A DNA stretch of 64,000 bases from an uncultured Candidatus Rokubacteria bacterium (GCA_963747235.1 CAVVEU010000028.1:12287-76286); one strand, 5' to 3'; numbered from the stretch's first letter, positions 42,597 through 53,607 are shown. Program-made: numbers and translations. The notes: generated by a model from the sequence alone, not told the origin.

Positions 42597-44934
42597 TTAA
42601 CCCGGAGCCGATCCGCGGGCAAGCAAACGGTTCGCGGCGAGCGCGATCGCGGCGGCGTCCACGCCGTAGTGGCGGTAGAGATCGCCCCGTGAGCCCGACT
42701 GACCGAAGTGATCCACGCCGAGCGGGATCTGCGGCACGCCGAGCGCGCCGCCCAGGAAGGCCAAGCCGTGGGAGTGGCCGTCGAGCACCGACACCACCGG
42801 CACCCCTTCCTCCTCCGCGGACACGAGATCGAGTACGTACGGGCCCGTAGTCCGCAGCCCGCGATGCAGCAGATCGGGGCTGGTCACCACGAACACGTTG
42901 GCGTGCACCCCGTCCGCCCCGAGCGCTCGGCTCGCGGCCACCGCTTCCGGCACCATCACGCCTGCCGCGAAGATGTGCACCGCATCGCCCTCTCGGTCGT
43001 AGCCGGGCCGCTCCCGCGCGTCGATCAGGCGGTAGCCGCCGCGGAGCACCGCGTCACGGTACGCGGGCGAGGGCGCGGGCGCGAGGGCCTGCTCGATGGG
43101 CTTGGTGGAGAGACGCAGGTAGAGGCTCTCGGCGTCTCCGCGCCGCGCGAGGCCACGCAGGCCCTCGAGCAGGATCCACTCGACCTCCTGCGCGAACGCG
43201 GGCTCGTAGTAGGTGATGGCGGGCAGCGCGATGCCGATGCCCGGCGTGATCACCGACTGGTGCGCGCCGCCCTCGGGCGAGAGGCTCACGCCGGACGGCG
43301 TCGCGGCCACGATGAAGCGCCCGCCCGCGTAGAGCGCGTGGTAGAGCGCGTCGAGCCCGCGCGTGACGAAGGGATCGTAGAGCGTGCCGATCGGCAGCAG
43401 CGTCGTCCCGGACAGCTCGTGCGTGAGGCCAAAGGCGCCCAGCGCGAGGAAGAGGTTGTGCTCGGCGATGCCGAGCTCGATGTGCTGCCCCGCCGGCGAT
43501 TCCTTCCACTGCACCGCCTGCGGCCCTTCCGCGGTGAAGCCGGGCTTGGCGCGCGGGAAGTAGACGCCCTTGCGATTGATCCATCCCGCGAGATGCGTGG
43601 TCACCGACACGTCGGCCGAGAACGTGACCACGCGGTCGCCGACGGGCAGGCGGCTCAGCCGGCCGAGGATGCGGCCGAACGCTTCCTGCGTCGAGCTCTG
43701 CGCGGGATAGGACTCCTCCAGCGCGTCCGGGCACGTCGAGCGCCGCGTCGCGCCGGAGCGCCGGCGGCGCGTAGGGCGCGGGCGCGCGGCGGATCAGCTC
43801 GGCCTCGGCGCTGCCCGGCGCGAATGCCGGCCCACTCCTCGCCGGGCCCGAGGCCGAGCGCGGCGCGCATCTCGTCGAGCTGGCCCTGGGTGGCCAGGGC
43901 GCTGTGGTTCATGGGATCGCCGCCGAAGGGATAGCCCCAGCCCTTGATCGTGTCGGCCAGGATGACGCAGGGCCCGCTCCGCTTCCGGCCCGCTTCCTCG
44001 TAGGCTTCCAGGATCGACGCGAGGTCGTGGCCGCCCACGTCGGCCACGAGCGCGTGCACCGCCTCGTCGGTGAGATCGGCGAGCAGCCGGTCCACCGCCG
44101 CGGTCCGTCTCCCCCGCCGCGGTGGCGATCACCGCCTTGCGCGCGCCCGCCGGCGGCATCCGCAGCAGCGACTGGTACTCCGCGTTGCCCATGCCCTCGA
44201 GCCGCGCGCGCAGCCGCTCGCCGCCGGGCCGGCCGAAGAACGCGCGCAGCCGGCGATCCCCAGCGCAGCTCGATGACGTGCCAGCCCGCGCCGCGGAACC
44301 ACTCGCGAAGCTGGCCCCGGCGCGCGTCGGGCACGATGCGGTCGAGGCTCTGGCGATTGAAGTCCACGACCCACATCAGATTATCGAGCTCGCGCACCGC
44401 CTCTTCCAGGAGCGCCTCCCACACATTGCCCTCGTCGAGCTCGGCGTCGCCCATCACGGCGATGAAGCGCGCGGGCATGGCCGGCCGCGCGTCCGCGCCC
44501 TCGTGCTGGTGCACGTAGCGCGCGGCGAGGGCGCCGAAGGCCGCGCTCACCGCGCCCAGCCCCATCGAGCCGGTGGAGAGATCCACGATCTCGGGATTCT
44601 TGCGCCGGCTCGGATAGGCCTGGAGCCCCCCGAGCGTGCGCAGGCCGCGGAGCTGGTCGGCGGTGAGGCGCCCGCGCAGGTACTCGATGGCGTAGAAGAC
44701 CGGCGAGGCGTGGGCCTTGGTGGCCACGATGTCGCCGGGCCGCAGCGCGTGGAAGTAGAGCGCGGTCATCAGGGAGACCACGGAGGACGCCGACGCCTGG
44801 TGGCCCCCCACCTTGGTCCCGTCCGGGTTCGGCCGGGTATTGGCGTGATGCACCAGGTGGGCGCTCAGCCAGAGGACGCGCTTCTGGATGGACTCGAGCT
44901 GGGCCAGCGGGGCGGCGGCGGCGCGCGGGGACAT
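42597..44934 (-). CDS. aceE: pyruvate dehydrogenase E1-like / transketolase-type ThDP enzyme (frameshifted)
   Basis: KVGGHQAS, STGSMGLG, GDAELDEG...NRQSLD ThDP motif, ELGIAE, EGGAHQS, FGQSG. Confidence 0.75.
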
Positions 44935-45095
44935 CGGCGCCCACCTTACCCCACGGGAGCGGTCCGAGGCCAGAGGGGGCCGCCACCGCGTCAGCCGGGC
45001 GACGGCCGAGAAGGTCCTACATGGTAGTTTCTTCTCCAGGCCCCGCCGGTCGGCGACGACCTCCCTCGAATCACCTACTTACAACCGGTGGCCCA

Positions 45096-45111
45096 TGGCA
45101 CAGCGCTTGCC
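45096..45111 (+). promoter_or_regulatory. sigma54 -24/-12 promoter
   Basis: TGGCAC-AGCGC-TTGCC. Confidence 0.65.
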
Positions 45112-45139
45112 CTTTCGTCGACCTGGGGAGGGCACGCTC

Positions 45140-45358
45140 ATGAACGCAGGGATCACGCGGCCCGTCGTCGTCGTGGGGATTCTCCTGGCAGCCGTAGGGT
45201 ACGCGGCGACCAAGGAATGGGAGTGGCAGGCAGACGCGGATCCGCTGCCGCTCCTGCGCGTCTCGCAGATCGAGCGAGGGGCTGCCGGCGGCCCGGGTGA
45301 TGCCACCTGGCGGACGGACGCGGAGACGGTACAGCCCGAGCAGATCTTCCAGGATTAG
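45140..45358 (+). CDS. small membrane-anchored hypothetical protein
   Basis: GGAGG RBS, N-terminal TM segment. Confidence 0.55.
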   Translation: MNAGITRPVVVVGILLAAVGYAATKEWEWQADADPLPLLRVSQIERGAAGGPGDATWRTDAETVQPEQIFQD

Positions 45359-45367
45359 CGCGCAGGC

Positions 45368-46990
45368 CTAGCGGGAAGCCGGGCTCTCGGCGTTGAAGGT
45401 GAACGTCGCGCTCACCGGGAGCGACGGCGACGGGATCTGCGCCGGCAGGGCCGCGAACGGCTGGGCCAGCCGCACCGCGCTCAGCACGTAGCGGTCGAGC
45501 AGCTCCGAGCCGGAAGAGCGCCGCAGCGCCGCGCACTCGACGCGGCCCGCGCGACCGATTCGGAACTCTACCTGCAGCTCGCCCCCGATCCTGGCCTCGG
45601 CGGCCCCCCGCGGATAGATCATGTGCGCGCGCAGGCGCTCGCGAACGCGGGCGATGTACCCGCGATGCGCCGAGTCGGGATTGTCCAGGTCCACGGTGGC
45701 GCCAGCCGCGTCCGCGCACGTCGGGGGGAGCGGCGGCGACGAGGGCAGCTTCTCGGTGAGCTGCTGCCAGAAGGCGGGCGCCACGTCCTCGCCGCGATCG
45801 TGCGCCTGCTCGGCCGCGCTCCAGGCCTCGACCGGCCGGTTGATCCGGTCGAGCAGCTCGGCCAGTCGCAGGTACGCGGGCCCGTGCGTGGGGTCCACCT
45901 GGATGGCCTGCTGGAAGGCGGTGATCGCCTCACCCATCCGCTCGCGCTTCGCCAGGATCATGCCGATCCCGACGTACGCGCGCGGGGCGCGGCGGTCGAT
46001 CCGCAGGACGTCGCGCAGCTCGACGAGGGCTTCGTCTTCCCGCCCGAGCCGGAGCAGCACGAACCCGAGCTCGGTCCGCGCCTCGGTTTCCCGGAAACTG
46101 ATCTTCTTGGCCGCGTCCAGCTCGCGGGCCGCGTCCTCGAGCCGGCCCTGCCGCAGGAACAGGAAGCCCAGTAGCGTGCGGGGACGCGCGCCGGTCGGGT
46201 CCAGCGCGATCGCCTCCTGGAGCAGGGCCACGCCCTCATCCACGCGGCCGGTCCGCCCCAGCTCGGCCCCCGCGCCCGAGAGCGCGCTGGCGAGTGGGTT
46301 CGGGTCGCGCGTGTGGCCCTCCGCGTAGATGGCGCTCCAGGCGCGGCGCACGTCGGGATCCAGGCCGAGGACGCCGCGCGGAAAGTCGTAGCCGCGCATG
46401 AGCCGGATCACCCGCGCCGCCTGGCTGTCGAAGCGATCGGCAGGCCCACCGCGCATCACGGTGTCCGAGCGCCCCGCCGCCGGGTGGAACGCGCCGAAGA
46501 GATGCGCGATCTCGTGCGAGAGCACCCCCTCCGGCGCGGTGTTGGTGAGCACGGCGGTGTCGAGACAGCCGGTCTGCACCATCGCGTAGCGGCCGAAGGT
46601 CTGCGCGAAGCCGTACTCGAGCTTCTCGCAGCGCTCCGCCGCGAACACCACGAGCACGTCGGCTGAGCCGGGGCCCACCTCCCCGCGCACGCGCCCCAGG
46701 ATGCGGGGAACCGGGACCGCCTGGCCGATGGTCCACGGCACGACGTCGCGGACCGCCAGGCGAATCTGGAACTGGCGTTCGTAGATGTCCGAGACCGTCT
46801 GGATGGTCCGCCGCAGCATCGCTTCCCAGCCGGGCTGGGCCCGGTACATCTCGTCGGCGACCGCGCGCAGGGTGAGGATGCGGATCTCGGAGGATGGAGC
46901 GGGCTGGGCGGGGGCGGGCCGGGCAGCGAGAGCACCGACCAGCGCGGTGACGGCCACCAGGAACCCGAGCATCGGGGCCCGCTTGACCAT
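45368..46990 (-). CDS. secreted metzincin-like peptidase + TPR repeats + TonB C-terminal domain
   Basis: Signal peptide; HEIAHLFGAFH and DTVM; several TPRs; YPRGAAEARIGG...FRI...G...SSGSELLD TonB_C. Confidence 0.75.
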   Translation of the reverse strand: MVKRAPMLGFLVAVTALVGALAARPAPAQPAPSSEIRILTLRAVADEMYRAQPGWEAMLRRTIQTVSDIYERQFQIRLAVRDVVPWTIGQAVPVPRILGRVRGEVGPGSADVLVVFAAERCEKLEYGFAQTFGRYAMVQTGCLDTAVLTNTAPEGVLSHEIAHLFGAFHPAAGRSDTVMRGGPADRFDSQAARVIRLMRGYDFPRGVLGLDPDVRRAWSAIYAEGHTRDPNPLASALSGAGAELGRTGRVDEGVALLQEAIALDPTGARPRTLLGFLFLRQGRLEDAARELDAAKKISFRETEARTELGFVLLRLGREDEALVELRDVLRIDRRAPRAYVGIGMILAKRERMGEAITAFQQAIQVDPTHGPAYLRLAELLDRINRPVEAWSAAEQAHDRGEDVAPAFWQQLTEKLPSSPPLPPTCADAAGATVDLDNPDSAHRGYIARVRERLRAHMIYPRGAAEARIGGELQVEFRIGRAGRVECAALRRSSGSELLDRYVLSAVRLAQPFAALPAQIPSPSLPVSATFTFNAESPASR

Positions 46991-46995
46991 GGCGC

Positions 46996-47631
46996 TCAGG
47001 CGAAGGGATCGTCTCCCGGGTCTTCGCGCCAGACGTATTCCATGAACCGCGCGGACTGGCGGGCCATGTCCATCCCGTGCAGGCGCGCCACCACCGACAG
47101 CGCCATGTCGATGCCCGCCGACACCCCCGACGAGGTGACGAGATCGCCGTCGTCCACCCAGCGCGCCTGCCGCTGCCACTTCACACGCGGGCCCTGCTGC
47201 ACCACCCAGTCCCACGCGACCTTGTTGGAGGTCGCGGGCCGGCCGTCCATGATGCCGGTGCGCGCCAGCAGCGCCGAGCCGGTGCACACGGTGGTGGTGA
47301 TCGCGGCGCGGCGACTGGCCGCGGTGAGGGCCAGGAGCAGCGGCGCGTTGTTGACCGCCTGGCGGGTGCCGAAGCCGCCGGGCACCAGCAGCACGTCGTA
47401 GGCGGGCGCGTCCGCGAAGGCGTGGTCCGCGTGCGTGGTCGGCCCCTCGCCGCTCTTGATCGGGCCGGCCTTCTCGGCCACCGTCACGATCTCGAAGAGC
47501 CGCTGGATCGAGCCGTCGGGGCGGGCCAGGCGGGCGGACGCGAAGGCCTGCACGGGACCGTAGACGTCGAGCACCGTGAAACCCTCGAAGAGGGCCACCG
47601 CGACCCGGCGGACCGTCTGAGTCTCGGCCAT
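46996..47631 (-). CDS. DJ-1/PfpI family protein (isonitrile hydratase-like)
   Basis: LDVYGP, LLVPGG, VCTGS, TSSGVSAGID. Confidence 0.9.
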   Translation of the reverse strand: MAETQTVRRVAVALFEGFTVLDVYGPVQAFASARLARPDGSIQRLFEIVTVAEKAGPIKSGEGPTTHADHAFADAPAYDVLLVPGGFGTRQAVNNAPLLLALTAASRRAAITTTVCTGSALLARTGIMDGRPATSNKVAWDWVVQQGPRVKWQRQARWVDDGDLVTSSGVSAGIDMALSVVARLHGMDMARQSARFMEYVWREDPGDDPFA

Positions 47632-47661
47632 GGTGTCGGGACTATATCACCCCCTATACCA

Positions 47662-47696
47662 CCCCTCACCCTGCCCTCTCCCCTGAGGGGAGAGGG
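47662..47696. repeat. REP-like palindromic element, copy 3
   Basis: CCCCTCACCCTGCCCTCTCCCCTGAGGGGAGAGGG in a divergent intergenic region. Confidence 0.8.
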
Positions 47697-47753
47697 GAAT
47701 GAGGAGGAAAAGCTCCTTGAGTGCGTTGACAAGGTGCCGGGGCGCGGGACACC

Positions 47754-48431
47754 ATGAGCGCCATGCGCGTGGTGGACCTGAGCTTCCCGATCGGCCCGCA
47801 CTTTCGCTGGACGGTGGCAAGCGAGCGGCGCTCGACCCACGAGGCGGGGGCGAACTTCCAGTCCACCGTCCTCACCGTGAGCTGCCACGCGTATACCCAC
47901 GTGGACGCGCCGGTGCACTTCCTGCCGGGCGACCGCGACATCGCCTCGATGCCGGTGGATCAGTGGATGGGCCCCGCCGCGGTGGTGGACCTCACCCACC
48001 TGGGCGAGAACGCGGAGGTGACCGGCGCCGATCTCGAGCGGCGGGCCGGCCACGTGCAGGCGGGCGACATCGTGCTGCTGCGCACGGACTGGCCGCTCAA
48101 GTGCCCGGTGGCGACCGAGCGGTTCTGGAAGGACGCGCCCTACACCGGGCGAAGCGCCTGCGAGTGGCTGGTGGCGCGCGGGGCGAAGGCGGTGGGCTAC
48201 GACTACCCGCCCGACTACTGCATCCGCACCTCGATCTTCTCGCCGGGCACGAAGATCACCCGCGAGGAGTGCACCACGCACCACATCTTCTTCCCGAAGG
48301 GCATCACGGTGATCGAGTACCTGACCAACCTCGACCAGATCGGCGCGGCGCGGTGCCGGGTCATCGCGCTGCCCCTCCGGGTGACGGGCGCCGACGGCTC
48401 GCCGGTGCGCGCGATCGCCCTGGTGGACTGA
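47754..48431 (+). CDS. cyclase family (kynurenine formamidase-like) metal hydrolase
   Basis: HAYTHVDAPVH, IEYL.NL, DGSPVRA. Confidence 0.85.
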   Translation: MSAMRVVDLSFPIGPHFRWTVASERRSTHEAGANFQSTVLTVSCHAYTHVDAPVHFLPGDRDIASMPVDQWMGPAAVVDLTHLGENAEVTGADLERRAGHVQAGDIVLLRTDWPLKCPVATERFWKDAPYTGRSACEWLVARGAKAVGYDYPPDYCIRTSIFSPGTKITREECTTHHIFFPKGITVIEYLTNLDQIGAARCRVIALPLRVTGADGSPVRAIALVD

Positions 48432-48441
48432 AAGGCTCTCC

Positions 48442-48690
48442 ATGGACGTGAAGAAGGCGATGGTCAAGCGGGTCGCGGTATGGACGATGCTGGGGATCTT
48501 GGGCGGCGGCGTGGCCGCCGACATGCTCTGGCGTCAGAAGGGTGCCCAGGAGCAGGCCAGCCTGCGCGGACAGCAGACCGAGGAGCTCCAGCGCCTGGAG
48601 GCGCAGCTCAAGTCGCTGACCGATCAGCTCGCCGCGGAGCGCCTTCGCCGGGAAGCCCTGGAGCGCTCGCTGAGCGAAGGCCGCAAGTAG
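48442..48690 (+). CDS. small TM-anchored coiled-coil protein
   Basis: Clean ORF, TM segment then heptad-rich helix. Confidence 0.6.
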   Translation: MDVKKAMVKRVAVWTMLGILGGGVAADMLWRQKGAQEQASLRGQQTEELQRLEAQLKSLTDQLAAERLRREALERSLSEGRK

Positions 48691-49440
48691 TGCCGCGAGC
48701 GGTCCGACGCCTTCTCCTCCCCGGCGCGCTCCTGCTCCTCCTGGTCGCGCCCACGTGGAGCCAGGAGCCGGGGCGGCCGCGTAGCCTGCCCGCCGCCGTC
48801 GTCAAGATCGTGAGCGGCGACACCATCCACGTCTTCGTCAACGGCGACGTCGAGCGCGTGCGTTACATCGGCGTGGCCGCGCCGGATCCAGGTGACGGCA
48901 GTCCCGACTCCGGCGACCCGCAGGGCCGTGAGGCGCTCCAGTTCAATCGCGGCCTGACGAACGCCAAGAACGTGCGGATCGAGCTCGACGTCCAGGAGCG
49001 GGACCCCGAGGGCCGGCTCCTGGCCTACGTCTGGCTCGGCGACGTGATGGTCAACGCGGAGCTGATCGGACACGGATTCGGCCAGGTGGTCACCGGCGGG
49101 CCCAATGTCCGGCACCAGGAGACGCTGCTGCGTCGCCAGGATCAGGCGCGGGCCGCGAAGGTCGGCATCTGGAAGACGGCGGGGCCGGCGGCGCGCCGCC
49201 GCGAAGAGCGCCCCCGCCGCGGCGCCAAGAGTCGCGCAGGCCCGGCCCGGCGTCCCGCCGAAGACGGGCTGGAGCTGCCCGCTGACGCATCCGATCAAGG
49301 CCGACTTCACGACGTATTCGTCGGAGCGCTGCATCTACTACGTGCCCGGCAGCGGCGCCTACGCGGAGAGCCGCACCGAGCGCTGCTACGCCACCGAGGA
49401 CGAGGCCCGCCAGGACGGCTGCCGGCGCTCCCGCCGCTAG
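48690..49440 (+). CDS. thermonuclease (SNase) family protein with C-terminal Cys-containing domain (frameshift near 49200)
   Basis: VSGDTI, VRYIGV.AP, D..GRLLAYV, GIW; C-terminal IYYVPG...YATEDEA..GCR. Confidence 0.8.
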
Positions 49441-49496
49441 GGCAGCGCTCCCGCGCGAATCTTGCTCCCGCGCGGGCGACCCGGTATCGTGCATGA

Positions 49497-49867
49497 GTGG
49501 ACGCGCACCTGATCCTGGCCGTGGACGAAGAAGCCGCCACGCGGCAGGCCCTCATCGACGTGCTGAGCCTGGACGGGCACGAGGTGGACGGCGCCGGCGA
49601 CGCCGACTCGGCGCTCCTGCTCCTCGACCAGCGCCGCTACGATCTCGTGATCGCCGACGTCCGCATGCCGAAGCTCGACGGTCCCGCGCTGCTCGACGCG
49701 CTCGCCGAGCGATTCGGCGCGGCTCCCCCCAGGTCGTCTTCCTCACGCGCGTCGCCTTCGATCCGCACTACGGGAGCTTCCTCGCCAATCTGCGGGCGCC
49801 CGTGCTCACGAAGCCGCTCAAGCCCGGCCGGGTGCTCGAGCTGGTGACCCGGATCTTCGCATCATGA
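49497..49867 (+). CDS. single-domain response regulator (frameshift)
   Basis: ILAVDEE, DLVIADVRMP..DG, LTKP. Confidence 0.8.
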
Positions 49868-49882
49868 GCCGGCGGTAGTCGC

Positions 49883-50260
49883 ATGGCCACGCGCCCGCGG
49901 TTGATCCTGGTGGTGGAGGACGAGAGCAGTCTCCGCGAGCTCATCGCCAACATCCTGCTGCTCGACCACCACGAGGTCGACACCGTCCACGACGGCGCCG
50001 AGGCCCTCTACCGCATCGAGCAGCGCAGCTACGACCTCATCATCAGCGACCTGCAGATGCCGAACCTCGACGGCCCGGGCCTCTACACCGCCCTGCGCAA
50101 GCGATTCGGCGAGGCCCTGCCCCGCGTGATCTTCGTCACCGGCCACGCGGACGCCGAGAAGTTCATCCCGTTCCTGGCCGAGACCGGCGACCCCGTCCTG
50201 ACCAAGCCCTTCTCGGTGGAGGACCTCCGCACGCTCGTGCAGTGGGTGCTCGAGACTTGA
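49883..50260 (+). CDS. single-domain response regulator
   Basis: LVVEDE, DLIISDLQMP.LDG, VTG, KPF. Confidence 0.9.
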   Translation: MATRPRLILVVEDESSLRELIANILLLDHHEVDTVHDGAEALYRIEQRSYDLIISDLQMPNLDGPGLYTALRKRFGEALPRVIFVTGHADAEKFIPFLAETGDPVLTKPFSVEDLRTLVQWVLET

Positions 50261-53200
50261 TCAGAAGCTGACGCTGCCCGGGCGGCCGCTCGGTCCCGGC
50301 GCGGTGCTCGAGTCGAGGTGCAGCCGCTCGAGCCAGAACGTCATCCCCATCTCCTCGAAGAGCGCGCGCGCCTCGCCCAGATGCTTGTCCGCGCCCGCCA
50401 CGTCGCCGGTGCGGCGCGCGAGCCGGCCGAGCCCGAGGTGGCAGCGCGCGGCCAGCGTCCGCATCCCCAGCTCGCCCGCCAGCGCCAGCGCCTCCCCGTG
50501 GTGGCCGCGCGCCCGCTCGAGGTCGGGCGGCTGCTTCTCGGCCGCGGCGAGGCCCAGCAGCCGGAGCGCGTAGACCATGTTGCCGCGCTCCTTGTGGGCC
50601 TCCGCGAGCGCGAGCGCCCGCCGCCCGTCCGCCTCCGCCGCCTCGGGGTGCCCGGTGAGCAGGCGCACCTCGCCCAGATGCGTGGCGATCAGCGAGAGCC
50701 GGCCCAGGCGCCGCATGCCCTGCGCCTCGCGCACCGCCCGCTCGGCCAGGTCGAGCGCCTCCGCGCCCCGCCCGGTGAGCGCGTAGACGACGGCGAGATC
50801 GCCCGCGAAGGGCGGGAAGAACGCGGGCATCTCGGCAGCAAGCCCGATGCCGCGCTCGAGCACGCCCTTGGCCTCCCACATCAGGCCGCGCCGCACCAGC
50901 GTGCCGCCCAGCCCGAGCAGCGCGTAGGGCAGGCTGTAGGCATCGCGCCGCGCTTCCGCGAGCCGCACGCCTTCCTGCGCGGCCTCCATCGCCTCGTCGA
51001 ACCGGCCCAGCTCGGCCAGCGTCCACGCCAGGTGCGCGCGCGTGAGGACCGCCGCGATGCCGGGCAGGCCGAAGGTCTCGCCGCTCGCGTGCGGCGGCAG
51101 GAGGGCCAGGTTGCGCCGCAGGACCGTCAGGGCCTGGCGGTAGTCGCCGAGGGCGCGGCGGCCGGAGCCCACGTTGAAGGTGCCGACGACCTGCAGGCCC
51201 AGGTCCCGCGTCTCCTCGGCGATGGCGAGCGCGCGCTCGCCCACGCGCGCCGCCTCGTCGGCCTCGCCGAGCTCCCAGTGCACGTTGCTCTCGAACGAGA
51301 GCGCGCGGGCCAGCCGCGGCCGGTCGTCCAGGGTCTCGGCGAGCGCGGCCGCTTCGCGCAGCACCGCGACGCTGCGCGCGTGCTGGCCCAGCGGGACCAG
51401 CGCGTTGTGCAGGTCGCAGCGGAGGTCCACGCCGGTGGCGCGCGCCACCGCGTCCGCCGGCCGGTGGGCGAGCGCGGCGAGGGCCCGCTCGAAGAAGGAC
51501 ACGCTCTCCCAGCTCGCCATCCGCGCCAGCGTCCGGCCGCCGGCCTGGCGGCAGTAGCCCACCGCGCGCTCCCACGCCTCGCCGAGGAAGGCGTGGTGGG
51601 CGAGCCGCTCGGTCTGCTCGGCCAGCCGGCCGCCCTCGTAGGATCGCTCGATGGCCTCCAGGATGCGCGCGTGCAGCGTCCGCCGCCGCTCGTGCAGCAG
51701 GCTCTCGTAGGCCACGTCGTGCACCAGCGCGTGGCGGAAGCCGTACTCGAGATCGGGGAAGAGCGCGCGCTGGTCGAGCAGGCCCGCGGCGTGGAGCTGG
51801 TCGAGCCCGCGGCGCACCTCGTCGCCCGGCACGTCGGCGACGGTCTCGAGCAGGCGCACCGGGACCGCGTCGCCGATGACCGAGGCGGCCTGCAGCAGCC
51901 GCTTGTCCTCGTACCGCAGGCGGTCGATGCGCGAGGCGATGGTCGCCCGCACGGTGGCCGGGACCTCGAGCGCGAGGACGGGGCGCGTCAGGCGGTAGGC
52001 TCCGCGCTCGCCCGCGAGCGCGCCGGTCTCCACGAGGGTCGTCACGCACTCCTCGAGGAAGAGCGGGTTGCCGTTCGCGCGCTCGGCCACCAGCCGCTTG
52101 AGCGGCGTGAGCCCGGACTCGTCGCCCAGCAGCCCGTCGAGCATGTCGCCGGTGGCGGGCGGCTCGAGCGCGTCCACGCGCACCTGCGTGTAGCCCGGAT
52201 GGCGGCTCCAGCGGTCCACGTACTCGGGCCGGTAGGTCGAGGCCACGAGCGTGTAGGGCGGCAGCGCCTCCACCAGCGCGTCCATCGCGGCGTGGGTCTC
52301 GGAATCCACCCACTGCATGTCCTCGAGGATCATCACGAAGGGCTGCTGCCGCCCCTGGCGCGTGACGAGCCGGTGCACCGTGCGCATCACCTGGCGGCGC
52401 CGACGGTCGGGATCCATGTCGCTCACCGCGCCGTCCTGCGGCACGCCGAGCACCCAGAGGATGGCGGACACGCCCTCCTCGAGGTCCGGATCGAGCGCGC
52501 GCAGGCGCGCGGCGACCTTGTCGCGGACCGTCGCCGCGTCGTCGCCGCTCTCCACCTGGAAATACCGGCGGTGCAGCTCCACGCCCGGCCGGTAGCCGGC
52601 GGCGCGCCCGTAGGAGACCGCGGGCGCCTCGATGACGAGACAGCCCCGGGCCCGGCAGCGCCGGGCGAACTCGAGGCAGAGGCGCGACTTGCCCACCCCC
52701 ACGTCGCCCACCATGGACACGACCTGGCCGGTGCCCGCCAGCATCGCGTCGATCGCCTCGTCGAGCCGCGCCAGCTCCATCTCGCGCCCCACGAGCGGCG
52801 AGCGCGCGCGCGGCGAGGCGGCGTCGAGGCGCGAGCGGATCGGCACCGCCCCGCTGATCTCGTGCACCTCGACCGGCGCCTGGAGGCCCCGCACCGGCAC
52901 CGGCCCGAGGGCGCGCGTGGCCACGCGGCCCCGCACCAGCGCGACGGTGTGCTCGGTGGCCAGGATCGAGGCGGGCTTGGCCATCTGCTCCATGCGCGCG
53001 GCCAGGTGCACGGTCTGGCCCACCGCGGTGTAGGTGAACGAGAGATCGCTGCCGATGGAGCGCGCCACCACCTCGCCCGAGTTGAGGCCCACCCGGATCT
53101 GGAGCGGCAGGCCGAGGGAGCGCTGCAGCTCGTCGCCGAGGGCGAGCATCTGCGCCTGCATGCGGAGCGCCGCGTAGCAGGCGCGCACCGCGTGGTCCTC

Positions 53201-53575
53201 GTTGGCGAGCGGCGCGCCGAAGAGCGCCATGATCCCGTCGCCCACCACCTGGTTGACGGTGCCCTCGTAGCGGTGCACCGCCTCCATCATCAGCTCGCGC
53301 ACCTGGTCGATGACCGGCCCGATCTCCTCGGGATCGCGGTCGCCGACCGCCTCGATCATGCCGTGGATGTCCGCGAAGAGCACGGTCACCTGCTTGCGCT
53401 CGCCCTCGAGCGCCTCGCGCGAGTCGAGGATGCGCTGGGCCAGATGCGGCGGGGTGTAGACGCCCGGCGAGGCGAAGCGCGCGGAGTCGCCCGCGCCGAG
53501 CCGGCTGCCGCACGCGGGACAGAATCGCGCGCCGTCGGGGGCGGCGTTCGCGCAGCGGGGGCACGGCTGGCTCAT
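50261..53575 (-). CDS. Zn-ribbon + class III nucleotide cyclase + AAA ATPase + TPR protein
   Basis: CPRC/CPAC, VLFADI, GDGIMALFG, RVGLNSG, GDVGVGKS Walker A, LEDMQW, GNPLFLEE, TPR tail. Confidence 0.9.
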   Translation of the reverse strand: MSQPCPRCANAAPDGARFCPACGSRLGAGDSARFASPGVYTPPHLAQRILDSREALEGERKQVTVLFADIHGMIEAVGDRDPEEIGPVIDQVRELMMEAVHRYEGTVNQVVGDGIMALFGAPLANEDHAVRACYAALRMQAQMLALGDELQRSLGLPLQIRVGLNSGEVVARSIGSDLSFTYTAVGQTVHLAARMEQMAKPASILATEHTVALVRGRVATRALGPVPVRGLQAPVEVHEISGAVPIRSRLDAASPRARSPLVGREMELARLDEAIDAMLAGTGQVVSMVGDVGVGKSRLCLEFARRCRARGCLVIEAPAVSYGRAAGYRPGVELHRRYFQVESGDDAATVRDKVAARLRALDPDLEEGVSAILWVLGVPQDGAVSDMDPDRRRRQVMRTVHRLVTRQGRQQPFVMILEDMQWVDSETHAAMDALVEALPPYTLVASTYRPEYVDRWSRHPGYTQVRVDALEPPATGDMLDGLLGDESGLTPLKRLVAERANGNPLFLEECVTTLVETGALAGERGAYRLTRPVLALEVPATVRATIASRIDRLRYEDKRLLQAASVIGDAVPVRLLETVADVPGDEVRRGLDQLHAAGLLDQRALFPDLEYGFRHALVHDVAYESLLHERRRTLHARILEAIERSYEGGRLAEQTERLAHHAFLGEAWERAVGYCRQAGGRTLARMASWESVSFFERALAALAHRPADAVARATGVDLRCDLHNALVPLGQHARSVAVLREAAALAETLDDRPRLARALSFESNVHWELGEADEAARVGERALAIAEETRDLGLQVVGTFNVGSGRRALGDYRQALTVLRRNLALLPPHASGETFGLPGIAAVLTRAHLAWTLAELGRFDEAMEAAQEGVRLAEARRDAYSLPYALLGLGGTLVRRGLMWEAKGVLERGIGLAAEMPAFFPPFAGDLAVVYALTGRGAEALDLAERAVREAQGMRRLGRLSLIATHLGEVRLLTGHPEAAEADGRRALALAEAHKERGNMVYALRLLGLAAAEKQPPDLERARGHHGEALALAGELGMRTLAARCHLGLGRLARRTGDVAGADKHLGEARALFEEMGMTFWLERLHLDSSTAPGPSGRPGSVSF

Positions 53576-53607
53576 CGCGATCACCGCAGTCTACCATCGG
53601 GCCCGGA

